Source: Pseudomonadota bacterium
GTDB lineage: Bacteria; Pseudomonadota; Alphaproteobacteria; Rhodobacterales; Rhodobacteraceae
DNA length: 64,000 nucleotides
Assembly: GCA_039814625.1 (NCBI GenBank)
Contig: JBCCAU010000008.1
Coordinates: 64,935-128,934 of the forward strand
Reading direction: 5' to 3'
In this document: in pieces, positions 18,936-29,661 of the stretch
Layout: each line of letters begins with the position of its first letter
Numbering within the stretch: the first letter of the stretch is position 1
The notes under the pieces: model-generated
The model's database searches: none
Told to the model about the DNA's origin: nothing
The model's input: only the letters and a program-made list of their open reading frames with translations
Program-made: the position numbers and the translations under genes

Positions 18936-20024
18936 TCAAGCCGCCAACGCGTAGGGCGCAGGCGCCACCAGCGCGCCCGTTTCGTCAAAGATGTAGACAT
19001 GGCGGGGATCAAGATAGACCTTGATTGATGCACCTAGCTTAAGATCATGGACGCCGTGGATCAGTCCCACCCAACGCTCGCCATGGTGATCGAGATGGAT
19101 AAAGGTTTCCGAGCCCGTTAGTTCTGTCACCACAAGTTTGGTATTAAACGCCATCGCGCCTTTGGCATGTTCGTTGATCTCAACATGATTGGCGCGAAAC
19201 CCTGCCAGATACCGACCATTGCTCAATGCATCCATCGGGCCGGTCGCCTCTGCTATTTGGCCCTCACCGAACATTATCTTATTACCCGTTTTACTGACGC
19301 TTAGAAAGTTCATAGGTGGATCGCTAAAGACGCGTGCGGTGGTCGCGTCCACCGGTTGGCGATAGACGTTTGGTGTAAGGCCGAATTGGGTGACACGCCC
19401 CTCCCAGAGCGTTGCAACCAAGCCTCCTAGAAGCAATGCCTCTTCGGGTTCGGTGGTCGCATAAACGAAGATAGATCCCGATTCTTCAAAGATTTTTGGG
19501 ATTTCAACGCGCAATTCCTCGCGCAGTTTGTAGTCAAGATTGGCCAGTGGTTCGTCCAGCAACACAAGTTCTGCATCCTTCACAAGGGCCCGGGCGAGGG
19601 CGCATCGTTGTTGCTGGCCACCCGAAAGTTCAAGCGGTTTACGATCAAGAAACGGCGATAGCTGCATCATATCAGCGGCTTTACGCACGGCTTTATCAAT
19701 CTCGGCTTTGGACTTGCCTAGAAGGCGCATGGGCGAGGCGATATTTTCGTAAACCGTCATGTTTGGATAGTTGATGAACTGTTGATAGACCATCGCCACC
19801 CGACGATCTTGCACACGCTGATCTGTGACGTCTTCATTCTGCCAGATCACGCGCCCATTTGTTGGTTTGTCCAATCCAGCCATAAGTCGCATCAATGACG
19901 TTTTCCCTGACAACGTTGGTCCCAAGAGCACGTTCATTGTTCCTTTTTGCAGGGTGAGGTCTGTTGGGTGGATATGCGTCACCCCGTTGACGACCTTTGA
20001 CACGTTTTTGAGTTCGAGGGTCAT
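18936..20024 (-). CDS. Glycerol ABC transporter ATP-binding protein (GlpS-like)
   Basis: GPTLSGKT, LSGGQQQR, LLDEP; start moved to ATG 20024. Confidence 0.92.
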   Translation of the reverse strand: MTLELKNVSKVVNGVTHIHPTDLTLQKGTMNVLLGPTLSGKTSLMRLMAGLDKPTNGRVIWQNEDVTDQRVQDRRVAMVYQQFINYPNMTVYENIASPMRLLGKSKAEIDKAVRKAADMMQLSPFLDRKPLELSGGQQQRCALARALVKDAELVLLDEPLANLDYKLREELRVEIPKIFEESGSIFVYATTEPEEALLLGGLVATLWEGRVTQFGLTPNVYRQPVDATTARVFSDPPMNFLSVSKTGNKIMFGEGQIAEATGPMDALSNGRYLAGFRANHVEINEHAKGAMAFNTKLVVTELTGSETFIHLDHHGERWVGLIHGVHDLKLGASIKVYLDPRHVYIFDETGALVAPAPYALAA

Positions 20025-20035
20025 GACGAAGTCCT

Positions 20036-21622
20036 TTATTCCGCTGCCGCGTTCTGTGCAGATTGCAATGCGCCTTGCATCCAAGCATCAAGTCTATCGA
20101 CCTGAGCCTTTTTGAAACGCAGACCTAGTTTGGTGCGACGCCAGAGTATGTCATCAGCAGTTTTTGCATATTCCCGATGCATCAGCCAAAGCACTTCGCG
20201 TTCCGTCAGGGTTTCGCCAAAATCTGTGCCCAGATCTTGGATGCTCTTGGCAGAGTTTAGCATATTTTTGGCCTCTGTGCCATATGCGCGGATCAACCTT
20301 AGCGCCCAACGGTCTGATAAAAATGGGAAGGTTGCTCGAAGATCGTCGCAAAGCGTATTGACGCCCGAGATGGGAAAATCGCCACCCGGTAACGCCGCGT
20401 CCGCTGTCCAGGATTTGCTCAGATCTGGGAAAATCTTTTTGATTTCGTCTAGCGCATTTTCAGCGAGGCGACGATAGGTCGTTATTTTGCCGCCGTAGAC
20501 ATTTAATGCGGGGGCGCCCCGACTTGTTTCCAGTTCGAGCACATAATCGCGCGTCGCCGCAGTCGCGCTTTTCGCGCCGTCATCATAAAGCGGGCGCACA
20601 CCCGAAAACTTCCAGACCACATCCTTATCGGTGATTGGTTTTGCCAAATACGCGTTCATGAACTTGATCAGGTAGTTTTGTTCTTCAGCTGTGCAGGTGG
20701 GCTGGGTCGCAGCGCTTTCGTGATCTGCATCCGTCGTGCCGATCAGCGTAAAATCGGTTTCATAAGGAATAGCAAAGATGATGCGCCCATCCGTTCCCTG
20801 AAAGAAGTAGCATTTATCATGATCAAAAAGGCGCTTTGTCACGATGTGACTGCCACGGACCAGACGCACCCCACTTTGAGCGTTGCTTTTCAAAGTTTGG
20901 CGCAGAACATCACCCACCCATGGACCGGCGGCATTCACAACCATTTTGGCGGTGACGGTTCGTTTAGAACCTGTAAGCGTGCTTTGGAGATTGATAGTCC
21001 AAGCGCCGTCCTCGACATCGGCAGACACAACTTTTTCGCGGGGCATGATCTTGGCGCCGCGCTGTTCAGCATCGCGCGCGTTTAACACGACTAGACGCGA
21101 ATCCTCGACCCAACAATCGGAATATTCAAAAGCCTTTTCGAACTTTGTGTTCAGCGGTGCGCCTTCAATAGAATTGCGCAGGTTTAGACTTGATGTGGCG
21201 GGCAGCAGTTTGCGGCCCCCCAGATTGTCATAGAAAAACAGACCCAGCCGGATCAGCCATGCTGGTCGTCCGCCGTTCTGCCACGGCATTAACACGCTGA
21301 GCAATTTGGTCGTCGGAGTGGTAGAGTCGAATTTCATACTTTTGTGGTAGGGTAGAACAAAGCGCATCGGCCATGAGATATGTGGCATCGACTTTAGAAG
21401 CGTCTCACGCTCGATCAGCGATTCCCTTACCAAGCGAAACTCAAAATATTCAAGATATCTCAGCCCGCCATGAAAGAGTTTGGTCGAAGCAGAAGATGTT
21501 GCAGAACCAAGGTCGTTCATCTCGGCTAGGCCAACCGACAGGCCACGCCCTGCTGCGTCCCGCGCTATACCGCATCCGTTGATTCCGCCGCCGATCACAA
21601 AAAGATCGAATCCGAAATTCAT
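20036..21622 (-). CDS. glpD: FAD-dependent glycerol-3-phosphate dehydrogenase
   Basis: IGGGINGCG, TSSASTKL.HGGLRYLE. Confidence 0.96.
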   Translation of the reverse strand: MNFGFDLFVIGGGINGCGIARDAAGRGLSVGLAEMNDLGSATSSASTKLFHGGLRYLEYFEFRLVRESLIERETLLKSMPHISWPMRFVLPYHKSMKFDSTTPTTKLLSVLMPWQNGGRPAWLIRLGLFFYDNLGGRKLLPATSSLNLRNSIEGAPLNTKFEKAFEYSDCWVEDSRLVVLNARDAEQRGAKIMPREKVVSADVEDGAWTINLQSTLTGSKRTVTAKMVVNAAGPWVGDVLRQTLKSNAQSGVRLVRGSHIVTKRLFDHDKCYFFQGTDGRIIFAIPYETDFTLIGTTDADHESAATQPTCTAEEQNYLIKFMNAYLAKPITDKDVVWKFSGVRPLYDDGAKSATAATRDYVLELETSRGAPALNVYGGKITTYRRLAENALDEIKKIFPDLSKSWTADAALPGGDFPISGVNTLCDDLRATFPFLSDRWALRLIRAYGTEAKNMLNSAKSIQDLGTDFGETLTEREVLWLMHREYAKTADDILWRRTKLGLRFKKAQVDRLDAWMQGALQSAQNAAAE

Positions 21623-21692
21623 CGATTGTCCTCCCTCGGTCCTCCCGACCGTTATAGATTATTGTCAATAAACGCGCATAGAAGAAAGAATT

Positions 21693-21712
21693 TATTTTCG
21701 TTTACGTTCGAT
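21693..21712. promoter_or_regulatory. Putative GlpR operator
   Basis: TATTTTCGTT-TACGTTCGAT tandem; each 10-mer is one mismatch from the E. coli GlpR half-site WATGTTCGWT; lies between divergent glpD and glpR. Confidence 0.65.
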
Positions 21713-21876
21713 TTGAGATAAGTAACTGGCAAGTAATGATAATCTGCGACAAAAAATGTGCGAATTATAGCTTTTGGCGGGTCCAGATCCGAGTTTATGC
21801 TTCAAGAAGCTGGATAATGCTCGATTCGAAAAGAAGATGCGTATTGTGATTGGCAGACGAAATCAAAGGATCAGCA

Positions 21877-22641
21877 ATGGTTCAAATTATGCGTAAACCT
21901 GAAATCATCAGCATCGCACGTCGCGAAGGGCTGGTGACGGTTGATGGGTTGGTCTTGCATTTTGGGGTCACGCCGCAAACCATCCGACGCGATCTATCAG
22001 AGCTTGCCGAGGCAGGCCAGCTTGAGCGCGTGCATGGCGGTGCTATCCTACCCTCCAAAACGACAAATATCGGCTATAGCGAACGGCGAGAGCTGAACCA
22101 ATCCGCAAAAGTGGATATCGCGCGGGCCTGCGCAGCGCAGATCCCAAATGACTGTTCTGTCTTCCTCAATATTGGCACCACCACAGAGGCTGTTGCAGCG
22201 GAATTGATGCGCCATGAAGGTTTGGTTGTTGTGACCAACAACATAAACATTGCGTTGATCTTATCAGGAAATGAGGCTATCGAAGTCATCGTCACGGGTG
22301 GAAATCTTAGACGGTCGGACGGCGGTCTGATTGGTGATCTGGCGAAGCAGACCATTGGGCAATTCCGGTTTGATTACGCGATTATCGGATGTTCTGCATT
22401 GCGCGAAGACGGCGAGATCCTCGACTTTGATTTTCTTGAGGTTGGCGTCAGCAAAGAGATTATCAATCGCAGTGAAAACGTATTTCTTGTTGCAGACGTT
22501 TCAAAGTTCGAACGCAAGGCGCCCGCTAAGATTGCGTCCTTGGCATCAGTTGATATATTCTTAACAGATAAAAAGCCGCCAGATCAGACGGTATCTGTTT
22601 GTCAGGCGAGTCAGACCAAAATTGTTGTTGCTTCTCAATAA
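21877..22641 (+). CDS. glpR: DeoR-family glycerol regulon repressor
   Basis: VTPQTIRRDL HTH, R.HGGA, GTTT; divergent from glpD. Confidence 0.9.
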   Translation: MVQIMRKPEIISIARREGLVTVDGLVLHFGVTPQTIRRDLSELAEAGQLERVHGGAILPSKTTNIGYSERRELNQSAKVDIARACAAQIPNDCSVFLNIGTTTEAVAAELMRHEGLVVVTNNINIALILSGNEAIEVIVTGGNLRRSDGGLIGDLAKQTIGQFRFDYAIIGCSALREDGEILDFDFLEVGVSKEIINRSENVFLVADVSKFERKAPAKIASLASVDIFLTDKKPPDQTVSVCQASQTKIVVASQ

Positions 22642-22729
22642 GAGTGTCGTGGTATCGCTTCGAATGGCCTCCGGCGCAAAGCTAGAGAGCCCTCATATTC
22701 GCAAGCCAACCATCGGCCAAGACCTTTGT

Positions 22730-23791
22730 TCAATGCATTTTACAAAACTGCGCAGCTTCATGTTTCCGCAAAGTCGGTAAAGCTTCTGGACCAAAATCAC
22801 CATGCTCTAGCTTTGGGAAAATCTCTAATATTTCTTGCACAAGTTCTTGATCATAACGGTTGATGATCTCACTTCCGACGTAAAAACTTTCGGATGTCAG
22901 CCCATTTGACACGACCAATTCATGGCAATCGAACATAACATGCCAGTACTCAACCTCGTCACAGGTTTCGTCTATTGCAACGCCTTCAAGATCAATCAGG
23001 TGTTTCGCCTTAGCCAAAACATCTTGAAGACCAAACAAAAGATCTGCGTTTGCGCCGCCAACGACCACCCTGTGCTGTTGAGACAGAACCAAGTCCTTCT
23101 TTGGGCGGTTTTGGCCAAACGCATCTTTCGACACGATCACTGGCCTAAGATGCGTTGATGTCTTCCCCAACTTGACTTTACGACTCCCGATCCAAGTCAC
23201 TTTCTTGCGTCGTCCATCAGAAAGAAGAACCTCGTCTCCGGCCTCCAAATTTTCGACCAGAACGGGCCCTTCGGGGGTCAAGATTTCAGTCCCTCTTCCA
23301 AAACACGGTAGAAAGAGATCATATGGCAGATCACTGCTGTTATCTACAACCGTGTCTCTCCCGGAATCGCGTGAATAGGTCTCGCCAGGAATGAGTGGAT
23401 CACTTGAAAAAACGAATTTCAAATCTCCGCTCGCCGTCTCAAAGGTGACCTCGCCCATGGTAACCAAATCTCCGGCACCATTTGAGAACACTGCATATTC
23501 ATCAGCTCCGACAAAGGTCGCTGTAGCTATCGGCAAGCCAGTCGCTGAATCATAGAGTACTGCGGTTTGCTGGGATGGATCTCTAACACCGGATCCTGAG
23601 TCTGCGGTATCTGACAGATGCCCGTCGCCTTCAAGCTCAGTTTCATCGGTCACGACCATGTAATATGACCCAAAGGCGTTGGCGTCATTTGCAACCACGT
23701 GCGTTGGTCCTTCAATGGTGTCGAGATCGAAATTGGTTATCCCTGTGCCGCTATCATCAGCTGCATAGAGCGCGATTGTGAATTCAGCCAT
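22730..23791 (-). CDS. Hint (Hedgehog/intein, BIL-like) domain protein
   Basis: PCFGRGTEILTPEG...VENLEAGDEV and HELVVSNGLTSESF. Confidence 0.9.
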   Translation of the reverse strand: MAEFTIALYAADDSGTGITNFDLDTIEGPTHVVANDANAFGSYYMVVTDETELEGDGHLSDTADSGSGVRDPSQQTAVLYDSATGLPIATATFVGADEYAVFSNGAGDLVTMGEVTFETASGDLKFVFSSDPLIPGETYSRDSGRDTVVDNSSDLPYDLFLPCFGRGTEILTPEGPVLVENLEAGDEVLLSDGRRKKVTWIGSRKVKLGKTSTHLRPVIVSKDAFGQNRPKKDLVLSQQHRVVVGGANADLLFGLQDVLAKAKHLIDLEGVAIDETCDEVEYWHVMFDCHELVVSNGLTSESFYVGSEIINRYDQELVQEILEIFPKLEHGDFGPEALPTLRKHEAAQFCKMH

Positions 23792-24351
23792 TGAAGCAAC
23801 TCTCCTGTTTCACCAGCATTTGGAAGATCGCACAAAACTCATAAAATGCGCCAAAATTAACAAATACCGCCATAATTCTTCATAATTTAGATGATTTTTA
23901 GCTACTAGGCCAGATCAAATTTACCCAAGATTCGCGTGATAATGCCTAAAAAAGCATCCAATCTAAATGCAGTAATAGATCGCAAACCCAATAGATCATC
24001 TTGTTTTGTGTGTTTCAAAGGCACAAAAAACAACTTGCATTCTATATGCTTTCGACAAGCCTATGCCGTTTCGCTTTGTTTTTGGACGGCTCTCGGTGTT
24101 GATCTCTTTGTGAAGAGCGCTAGCACTGCAGGTTATTTCTGGGAAAGCAAATGATTGCGGCATGCCGGGTCAAGGTGCGAAAATCAGATACATCCCTATT
24201 CGGTTTTTGAATTGTTTTTGAGCCAAGATCCCGTATTGAGCAACTTGTCGATTTGAAACGCGAAATCTGTGAAAAACCAAGCGAAGCGTTTGAGGCCATT
24301 CGAAGGTCAATATTATCCGCGCGCGAATGCTGTTGAACTGACAGGTTTGTA

Positions 24352-24966
24352 TTATAACGCGATGCCCAAACGACCAATCTGTTCGATCAACATGATTGTT
24401 TCAGATACACCGGTCCCAAGTTTTAGATTTGAGAAGACTGTTGGACGATCCGCTCTCTGAGCATTCGCATCGCGTTCCATTACGGACAGATCGACTTCGA
24501 CATAAGGGGCAAGATCGGTTTTGTTGATGATCAATATATCCGATTTCGTGATGCCCAGTCCGCCCTTACGCGGGATTTCTTCGCCCATCGCGACCGAGAT
24601 CACATAAATCGTTAAATCTGCCAATTCCGGGCTGAACGTGGCCGCCAAATTGTCGCCACCACTCTCGATCAGGACGAGTTCCAGATCGGGATGCAGCGCG
24701 GTCAGATCATCGATCGCGGCCAGATTGATCGAGGCATCTTCGCGGATCGCAGTATGCGGGCAGCCGCCTGTTTCCACGCCCCGGATGCGGTCCAATGGCA
24801 AGACCTGTTTGCGCATCAGATATTCTGCATCTTCCGACGTGTAGATATCATTGGTCACGACGGCCATGTTGATCTTGGGGTGCAGCGCCCGGCAGAGCGC
24901 CTCGGTCAGCGATGTCTTGCCCGCTCCAACTGGACCGCCGATGCCGACGCGCAAAGGGCCGTTCAT
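24352..24966 (-). CDS. ureG: Urease accessory GTPase
   Basis: [25 protein letters not shown]. Confidence 0.97.
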   Translation of the reverse strand: MNGPLRVGIGGPVGAGKTSLTEALCRALHPKINMAVVTNDIYTSEDAEYLMRKQVLPLDRIRGVETGGCPHTAIREDASINLAAIDDLTALHPDLELVLIESGGDNLAATFSPELADLTIYVISVAMGEEIPRKGGLGITKSDILIINKTDLAPYVEVDLSVMERDANAQRADRPTVFSNLKLGTGVSETIMLIEQIGRLGIAL

Positions 24967-25586
24967 GTTCTGAAAATCCGAGTGGTCATGGTTTCATGCT
25001 TCATTGACGCGATGTCAGAGCGGAAAGCCATATTGCCAAGATCGTCAAGTGTTGCGCGCATCGCTTCGGCCGCAATGTCATCAATTATTGGAAACAGGTT
25101 TTGCAAAACTGTTTGCCCTGTTGTCTGTCCAAGGGGAACCAAGCGAACCGCCGCTGATACAAGGTTAGCTGCGAAAGCATGCAGCGCCATGGGCAGAAAC
25201 TCCTGCAAATCGATGTGGGCTTGCGCGGCTGCTTGGCCCAGAACGCACGGCAAAGGGGTTGCGTCAATTTGAACGCCAAGCAGTGATTGAGCGGTGCGCG
25301 CAAATGCACGACCTTGGTCCCAAGTTTCCTGATGGCGTTCTTTGGACCCTGCCAAAGCCGAGGCTAGATCAGCGACCTCTTCGCCACGATAGGCGTGCGC
25401 CAAAAGAATTGCGTCATTGCGCGCAGCCCCGAAGCGCAGCAAGGTTTGAAGCCAGTCTTCCAACTCCTTGGCGTTTGTCACATCGCCGGCATGGATCGCA
25501 TACTCCAGTCCATGACTGTACGCAAAGGCACCCGTCGGAAAACTAGGCGAAAGCCAAGCCATGATACGATGGGCGCTAATGCTCAT
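24963..25586 (-). CDS. ureF: Urease accessory protein
   Basis: [18 protein letters not shown]; C-terminal HET...RIFRT; start approximate. Confidence 0.95.
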   Translation of the reverse strand: MSISAHRIMAWLSPSFPTGAFAYSHGLEYAIHAGDVTNAKELEDWLQTLLRFGAARNDAILLAHAYRGEEVADLASALAGSKERHQETWDQGRAFARTAQSLLGVQIDATPLPCVLGQAAAQAHIDLQEFLPMALHAFAANLVSAAVRLVPLGQTTGQTVLQNLFPIIDDIAAEAMRATLDDLGNMAFRSDIASMKHETMTTRIFRT

Positions 25587-26022
25587 GGGAATGCGTGCGG
25601 CCATGGCCATAGGCACCGCCCTCTGGCGTAAAGGGTTGCGTGATTTCGGCGATCGTGCCGCCCAAATGCCGGACCATGTCCGCAATCACCGGATCGGGGG
25701 CGATCAGAATATGATCCGCCTCAATCTGACAAGGCAGATGTCGGTTCCCGATATGCCAGGTCAGGCGGGTCAGATGCTGGGGATCGTCCCCTGTGATTTT
25801 CAAGAGCGGTTCATCGGCGGCCGCAATTTCGATCAAGCGCCCGTCCTCCAGAACCAAACAATCGCCATGCTTCAGATCTGTGACCTTGGGCAGATCGAGC
25901 AAGAATTCCATGCCCCTATCGCTGGTCATAACAATGCGGCGCCGGAACCGCGCATCGTAGGTGAGGGTCACGCTGTCGATGACAGAGCCGTGGCTGTGAA
26001 TGGCTGACGTGGCACGGATCAT
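25576..26022 (-). CDS. ureE: Urease accessory nickel chaperone
   Basis: R.RRR, WHIGNRHLP, F.PEGGAY, His-rich end; start moved to ATG 26022. Confidence 0.95.
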   Translation of the reverse strand: MIRATSAIHSHGSVIDSVTLTYDARFRRRIVMTSDRGMEFLLDLPKVTDLKHGDCLVLEDGRLIEIAAADEPLLKITGDDPQHLTRLTWHIGNRHLPCQIEADHILIAPDPVIADMVRHLGGTIAEITQPFTPEGGAYGHGRTHSHEH

Positions 26023-26040
26023 TGGGCACGCTCGGAGAAA

Positions 26041-26150
26041 AGCGTCCGCTCGGGGGCGGTTAACCGGCGCGAAGCGCCCCGCCCACGGGACGGGCGAGCG
26101 CTTGACTGCGCGCGATAAGCTCCGCATGCGCTACGCCGTCGCGCAGTCTT
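26041..26150. repeat. GC-rich palindromic REP-like element
   Basis: Nested inverted repeats GGCGC-GAA-GCGCC, GGGCGG/CCGCCC, GACTGCGCG/CGCGCAGTC. Confidence 0.55.
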
Positions 26151-26167
26151 TGATCCACGCCTGCTCA

Positions 26168-27877
26168 TCAATACATAAAATACCGCTGCGCCATGGGCAG
26201 CTCTTTTGCGGGTTCGCAGGTCAAGAGCTCGCCATCCGCGCGCACTTCATATGTCTCTGGATCAACCTCCACCTTCGGCATCGCATCATTCATGATCATG
26301 GACGACTTACTGATATTGCGTGTGTTTTTCACCGCTACGGTTTGTTTGTGCAGGCCAATTTCTGCGCCGATCCCTGCGGCATGCGCCGCCTCGGAAACAA
26401 AGCTAACTGACGAATTCTCCAGGGAACGACCCAGCGCGCCAAACATAGGTCGCGTATAAACAGGTTGCGGGGTTGGGATAGACGCGTTCGGATCGCCCAT
26501 TTGCGCACACGCAATCGACCCCCCGATCAGAACCATTTCCGGCTTCACCCCGAAAAAAGCCGTGTTCCACAGAACCAGATCGGCGCGCTTACCCAGTTCG
26601 ATCGAGCCGATCTCGTGACTGATCCCATGCGCAATCGCCGGGTTGATCGTGTATTTCGCGATATAGCGGCGGACGCGGAAATTGTCGTTATCTCCTGTCT
26701 CTTCCGACAAGCGTCCGCGTTGCACCTTCATTTTATGCGCGGTCTGCCAGGTCCGAATGATCACCTCTCCAATGCGACCCATGGCCTGACTGTCGGACGC
26801 AATGATGCTGAACGCGCCCATGTCGTGCAGAATGTCCTCGGCGGCGATGGTTTCTTTGCGAATGCGGCTTTCGGCAAAGGCCACATCCTCGGGGATGGAT
26901 TTATCCAAATGGTGACAGACCATCAGCATATCGAGATGCTCTTCCAGCGTGTTGACCGTATAGGGGCGCGTCGGATTGGTCGATGACGGGATCACATGCG
27001 CCTCGCCACAGACTTTGATAATGTCGGGCGCATGGCCGCCGCCTGCGCCTTCGGTATGGAAAGCATGGATCGTCCGGCCTTTCATCGCGGCAACAGTGTT
27101 TTCCACAAAGCCGCTTTCATTCAGCGTATCAGTATGGATCATGACTTGGACATCCATGTCATCGGCGACCGACAGACAGCAATCGATGGCCGCGGGCGTG
27201 GTGCCCCAATCCTCATGCAGCTTCATCGCGCAGGCGCCCGCATTCACCATTTCTACCAAGGCATCGGGCTGGCTGGCATTGCCCTTACAAGACAGGCCGA
27301 AATTCATCGGCAGCGCGTCGAGCGCTTGCAACATGCGCGCGATATGCCAGGGCCCGGGCGTACACGTCGTTGCCAGCGTACCATGGGCGGGTCCCGTGCC
27401 ACCGCCCAGCATGGTCGTCAGACCCGAATGCAGGGCATCATCGACCTGCTGCGGACAAATGAAGTGAATATGCGCGTCAAAGCCGCCAGCGGTCAGGATC
27501 TTGCCTTCGCCCGCGATGGCCTCGGTCCCCGGGCCGATAATGATATCGACGCCGGGCTGCGTATCGGGATTGCCCGCTTTGCCAATGCCTGCAATGCGCC
27601 CGTCTTTCAGACCAACATCCGCCTTGTAGATGCCGGTGTGATCCACGATCAGCGCATTGGTGATGACGGTGTCCACAGCGCCGCCCGCGCGCGTGACCTG
27701 GGATTGGCCCATCCCATCACGGATGACTTTGCCGCCGCCGAATTTGACTTCCTCTCCATAGGTCGTCAGGTCTTTCTCTACCTCGATGAAGAGTTCCGTA
27801 TCAGCCAGGCGGACTTTATCGCCCGTCGTGGGGCCATACATATCGGCATAGGTGGCGCGAGAAATTCTAGTGGGCAT
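26168..27877 (-). CDS. ureC: Urease alpha subunit
   Basis: [27 protein letters not shown]. Confidence 0.98.
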   Translation of the reverse strand: MPTRISRATYADMYGPTTGDKVRLADTELFIEVEKDLTTYGEEVKFGGGKVIRDGMGQSQVTRAGGAVDTVITNALIVDHTGIYKADVGLKDGRIAGIGKAGNPDTQPGVDIIIGPGTEAIAGEGKILTAGGFDAHIHFICPQQVDDALHSGLTTMLGGGTGPAHGTLATTCTPGPWHIARMLQALDALPMNFGLSCKGNASQPDALVEMVNAGACAMKLHEDWGTTPAAIDCCLSVADDMDVQVMIHTDTLNESGFVENTVAAMKGRTIHAFHTEGAGGGHAPDIIKVCGEAHVIPSSTNPTRPYTVNTLEEHLDMLMVCHHLDKSIPEDVAFAESRIRKETIAAEDILHDMGAFSIIASDSQAMGRIGEVIIRTWQTAHKMKVQRGRLSEETGDNDNFRVRRYIAKYTINPAIAHGISHEIGSIELGKRADLVLWNTAFFGVKPEMVLIGGSIACAQMGDPNASIPTPQPVYTRPMFGALGRSLENSSVSFVSEAAHAAGIGAEIGLHKQTVAVKNTRNISKSSMIMNDAMPKVEVDPETYEVRADGELLTCEPAKELPMAQRYFMY

Positions 27878-28163
27878 CCTGATTTAACCTCGCTCTTGCA
27901 GTCGTCCATGCGTCTTCAAATTCGCTGGGCTGAATTTCAAACACGACAAATTCGTTTTCATCAATGTCATCGTCTCGCGGGGCTGGTTGATCCGGCAGCC
28001 CACGATTGAACGGATCTTCCGTCTCTGAGACATATTGCAATCGGCCGTCAGAGAAAATTTCTATCAACCGTACGCTCCATCCATTGTTCTCATCTGCCAA
28101 GAGTAGGCTGGGCTCTGAATTCAAGGAATGCAGCCAATACGTCTTAGTGAACCTTTGGGTCAC
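27867..28163 (-). CDS. Hypothetical acidic protein (DUF6881-like) inserted between ureB and ureC
   Basis: W.H....EP..L......R.IE.F.DG...EF....I...EFE..W pattern; overlaps both ure genes. Confidence 0.65.
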   Translation of the reverse strand: MTQRFTKTYWLHSLNSEPSLLLADENNGWSVRLIEIFSDGRLQYVSETEDPFNRGLPDQPAPRDDDIDENEFVVFEIQPSEFEDAWTTARARLNQDAH

Positions 28164-28465
28164 AACTCCCCCATCACTTTTTGATTAAATCCAAAGACCC
28201 GCCGTTCGCCCGCAAGCGGCACCAAAACCACCTCCCGCGATTGGCCCGGCTCAAATCGCACGGCCGTCCCTGCTGCGATGTCCAAACGCATGCCGCGCGC
28301 CGCCGCGCGATCAAACTCCAGCGCCGAATTGGTTTCAAAGAAATGATAATGACTGCCCACTTGAATGGGCCGGTCGCCCGTGTTCGACACCAAAAGCGTC
28401 ACGGCCTTTGCGCCTACATTCAACTCGATCTCGCCCGCTTTGGGGATCACTTCTCCTGGTATCAT
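28160..28465 (-). CDS. ureB: Urease beta subunit
   Basis: [20 protein letters not shown]; start moved to ATG 28465. Confidence 0.97.
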   Translation of the reverse strand: MIPGEVIPKAGEIELNVGAKAVTLLVSNTGDRPIQVGSHYHFFETNSALEFDRAAARGMRLDIAAGTAVRFEPGQSREVVLVPLAGERRVFGFNQKVMGEL

Positions 28466-28473
28466 CGGCTCGC

Positions 28474-28529
28474 TTCTTTGTTTTCCAAATATCCTCGGGG
28501 GTTCCAAAGGGGGCAGACAGCCCCCTTTG
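28474..28529. repeat. Short palindromic intergenic repeat (Rhodobacteraceae-type)
   Basis: TTCTTTGTTTTCCAAATATCC followed by CAAAGGGGGC-AGACA-GCCCCCTTTG hairpin. Confidence 0.55.
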
Positions 28530-28531
28530 CG

Positions 28532-28834
28532 CTATCGAATAGGGTGGTGAACGGTCACCAGCTTGGTACCATCTGGAAAGGTTGCCTCGACCTGAACGTC
28601 ATGGATCATCTCAGCCACCCCTTCCATGCATTGATCTGCGCTCACCACTGTGCCGCCCGCCGCCATCAAATCCGCAACCGAGCGTCCATCACGTGCGCCT
28701 TCCACAACGAAATCCGTGATCAGAGCAATCGCTTCTGGATGGTTCAGTTTGACACCGCGGTCCAGTCGCGCGCGCGCAACCATAGCGGCCAAACTGACTA
28801 ACAACTTATCCTTTTCTCTCGGGGTCAGGTTCAT
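28532..28834 (-). CDS. ureA: Urease gamma subunit
   Basis: [25 protein letters not shown]. Confidence 0.98.
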   Translation of the reverse strand: MNLTPREKDKLLVSLAAMVARARLDRGVKLNHPEAIALITDFVVEGARDGRSVADLMAAGGTVVSADQCMEGVAEMIHDVQVEATFPDGTKLVTVHHPIR

Positions 28835-28840
28835 TTTGCC

Positions 28841-29659
28841 TCACATTGTCCAAACGCGCGGCAATGCCCGCCCACGTATTGTTTCAATCACTGTGCTCAG
28901 TGTGTTTTTCAAATCAAGGGGATTGAGGGCAACAAACCGCATCACCATCATCCCATTCCATGCGCTGACACCGATTTCAGTTGTATTCAACTTGTCGATA
29001 TCGGCTATGTCTTTGGCCATCGCCTCGGCCATGGGATCTACCAGAAGCAGGCTGGCCATGGCAGGGGACCCTCCGATCGATGCGGATCTTTTCAAACCGG
29101 AAAAGTCTTCGATCTTTGTGTCATCTGCGAAGATCAACCGATCGTCCCGAAAAATGCGCCAAGTGTCGTGCAAGTGCCCTGTGCTTACAACTTCTCCCAT
29201 GGACAACCGACCCAAGACAATCGGTTCAACCAACAAAAGAGAAGTATCTTCGGCGATATTGGCCGAAATCCTGCGCCGCACCCGACCCTTTTGAAACAGG
29301 ATTGTCTCTTGTGCCAGCCAATCCAACGAACATGCTTCGCCCAGATCAAAGCAGATATTAACTTGGGCATTGTCACCTGTGCTTTTGTAAATGCGTTCTG
29401 CTGTTTGGGTCGCCAAGCGCAATGACGCACCATTTTCCAAAATGACTTGGGTTGCAAGCGTATCGCCACCTGTCAGACCGCCAGCTGTGTTGATCAAAAC
29501 GGCATCAGGGATGTCAGAGTGGTTGCGCGGCAGCATTACTTTAAGACACCCTGATTGATGGAGATGACGCAACCGATTGCGCCCATCAAAGCCGTCAAAG
29601 GCAAGCGCGGCACGTCCACATGCCCGCTGCATTGAGATATCTTCCAAGCCGTCCAACAT
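28841..29659 (-). CDS. ureD: Urease accessory protein
   Basis: NTAGGLTGGD, TQTAERIY, LPRVW. Confidence 0.95.
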   Translation of the reverse strand: MLDGLEDISMQRACGRAALAFDGFDGRNRLRHLHQSGCLKVMLPRNHSDIPDAVLINTAGGLTGGDTLATQVILENGASLRLATQTAERIYKSTGDNAQVNICFDLGEACSLDWLAQETILFQKGRVRRRISANIAEDTSLLLVEPIVLGRLSMGEVVSTGHLHDTWRIFRDDRLIFADDTKIEDFSGLKRSASIGGSPAMASLLLVDPMAEAMAKDIADIDKLNTTEIGVSAWNGMMVMRFVALNPLDLKNTLSTVIETIRGRALPRVWTM

Positions 29660-29661
29660 AT

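Noticed and set aside
23936-24460. Short ORFs in the AT-rich spacer upstream of the Hint gene
   Set aside because: No protein-like features; probably non-coding
26000-28801. Long + strand ORFs antisense to urease genes
   Set aside because: Shadow ORFs caused by codon bias of the real minus-strand genes
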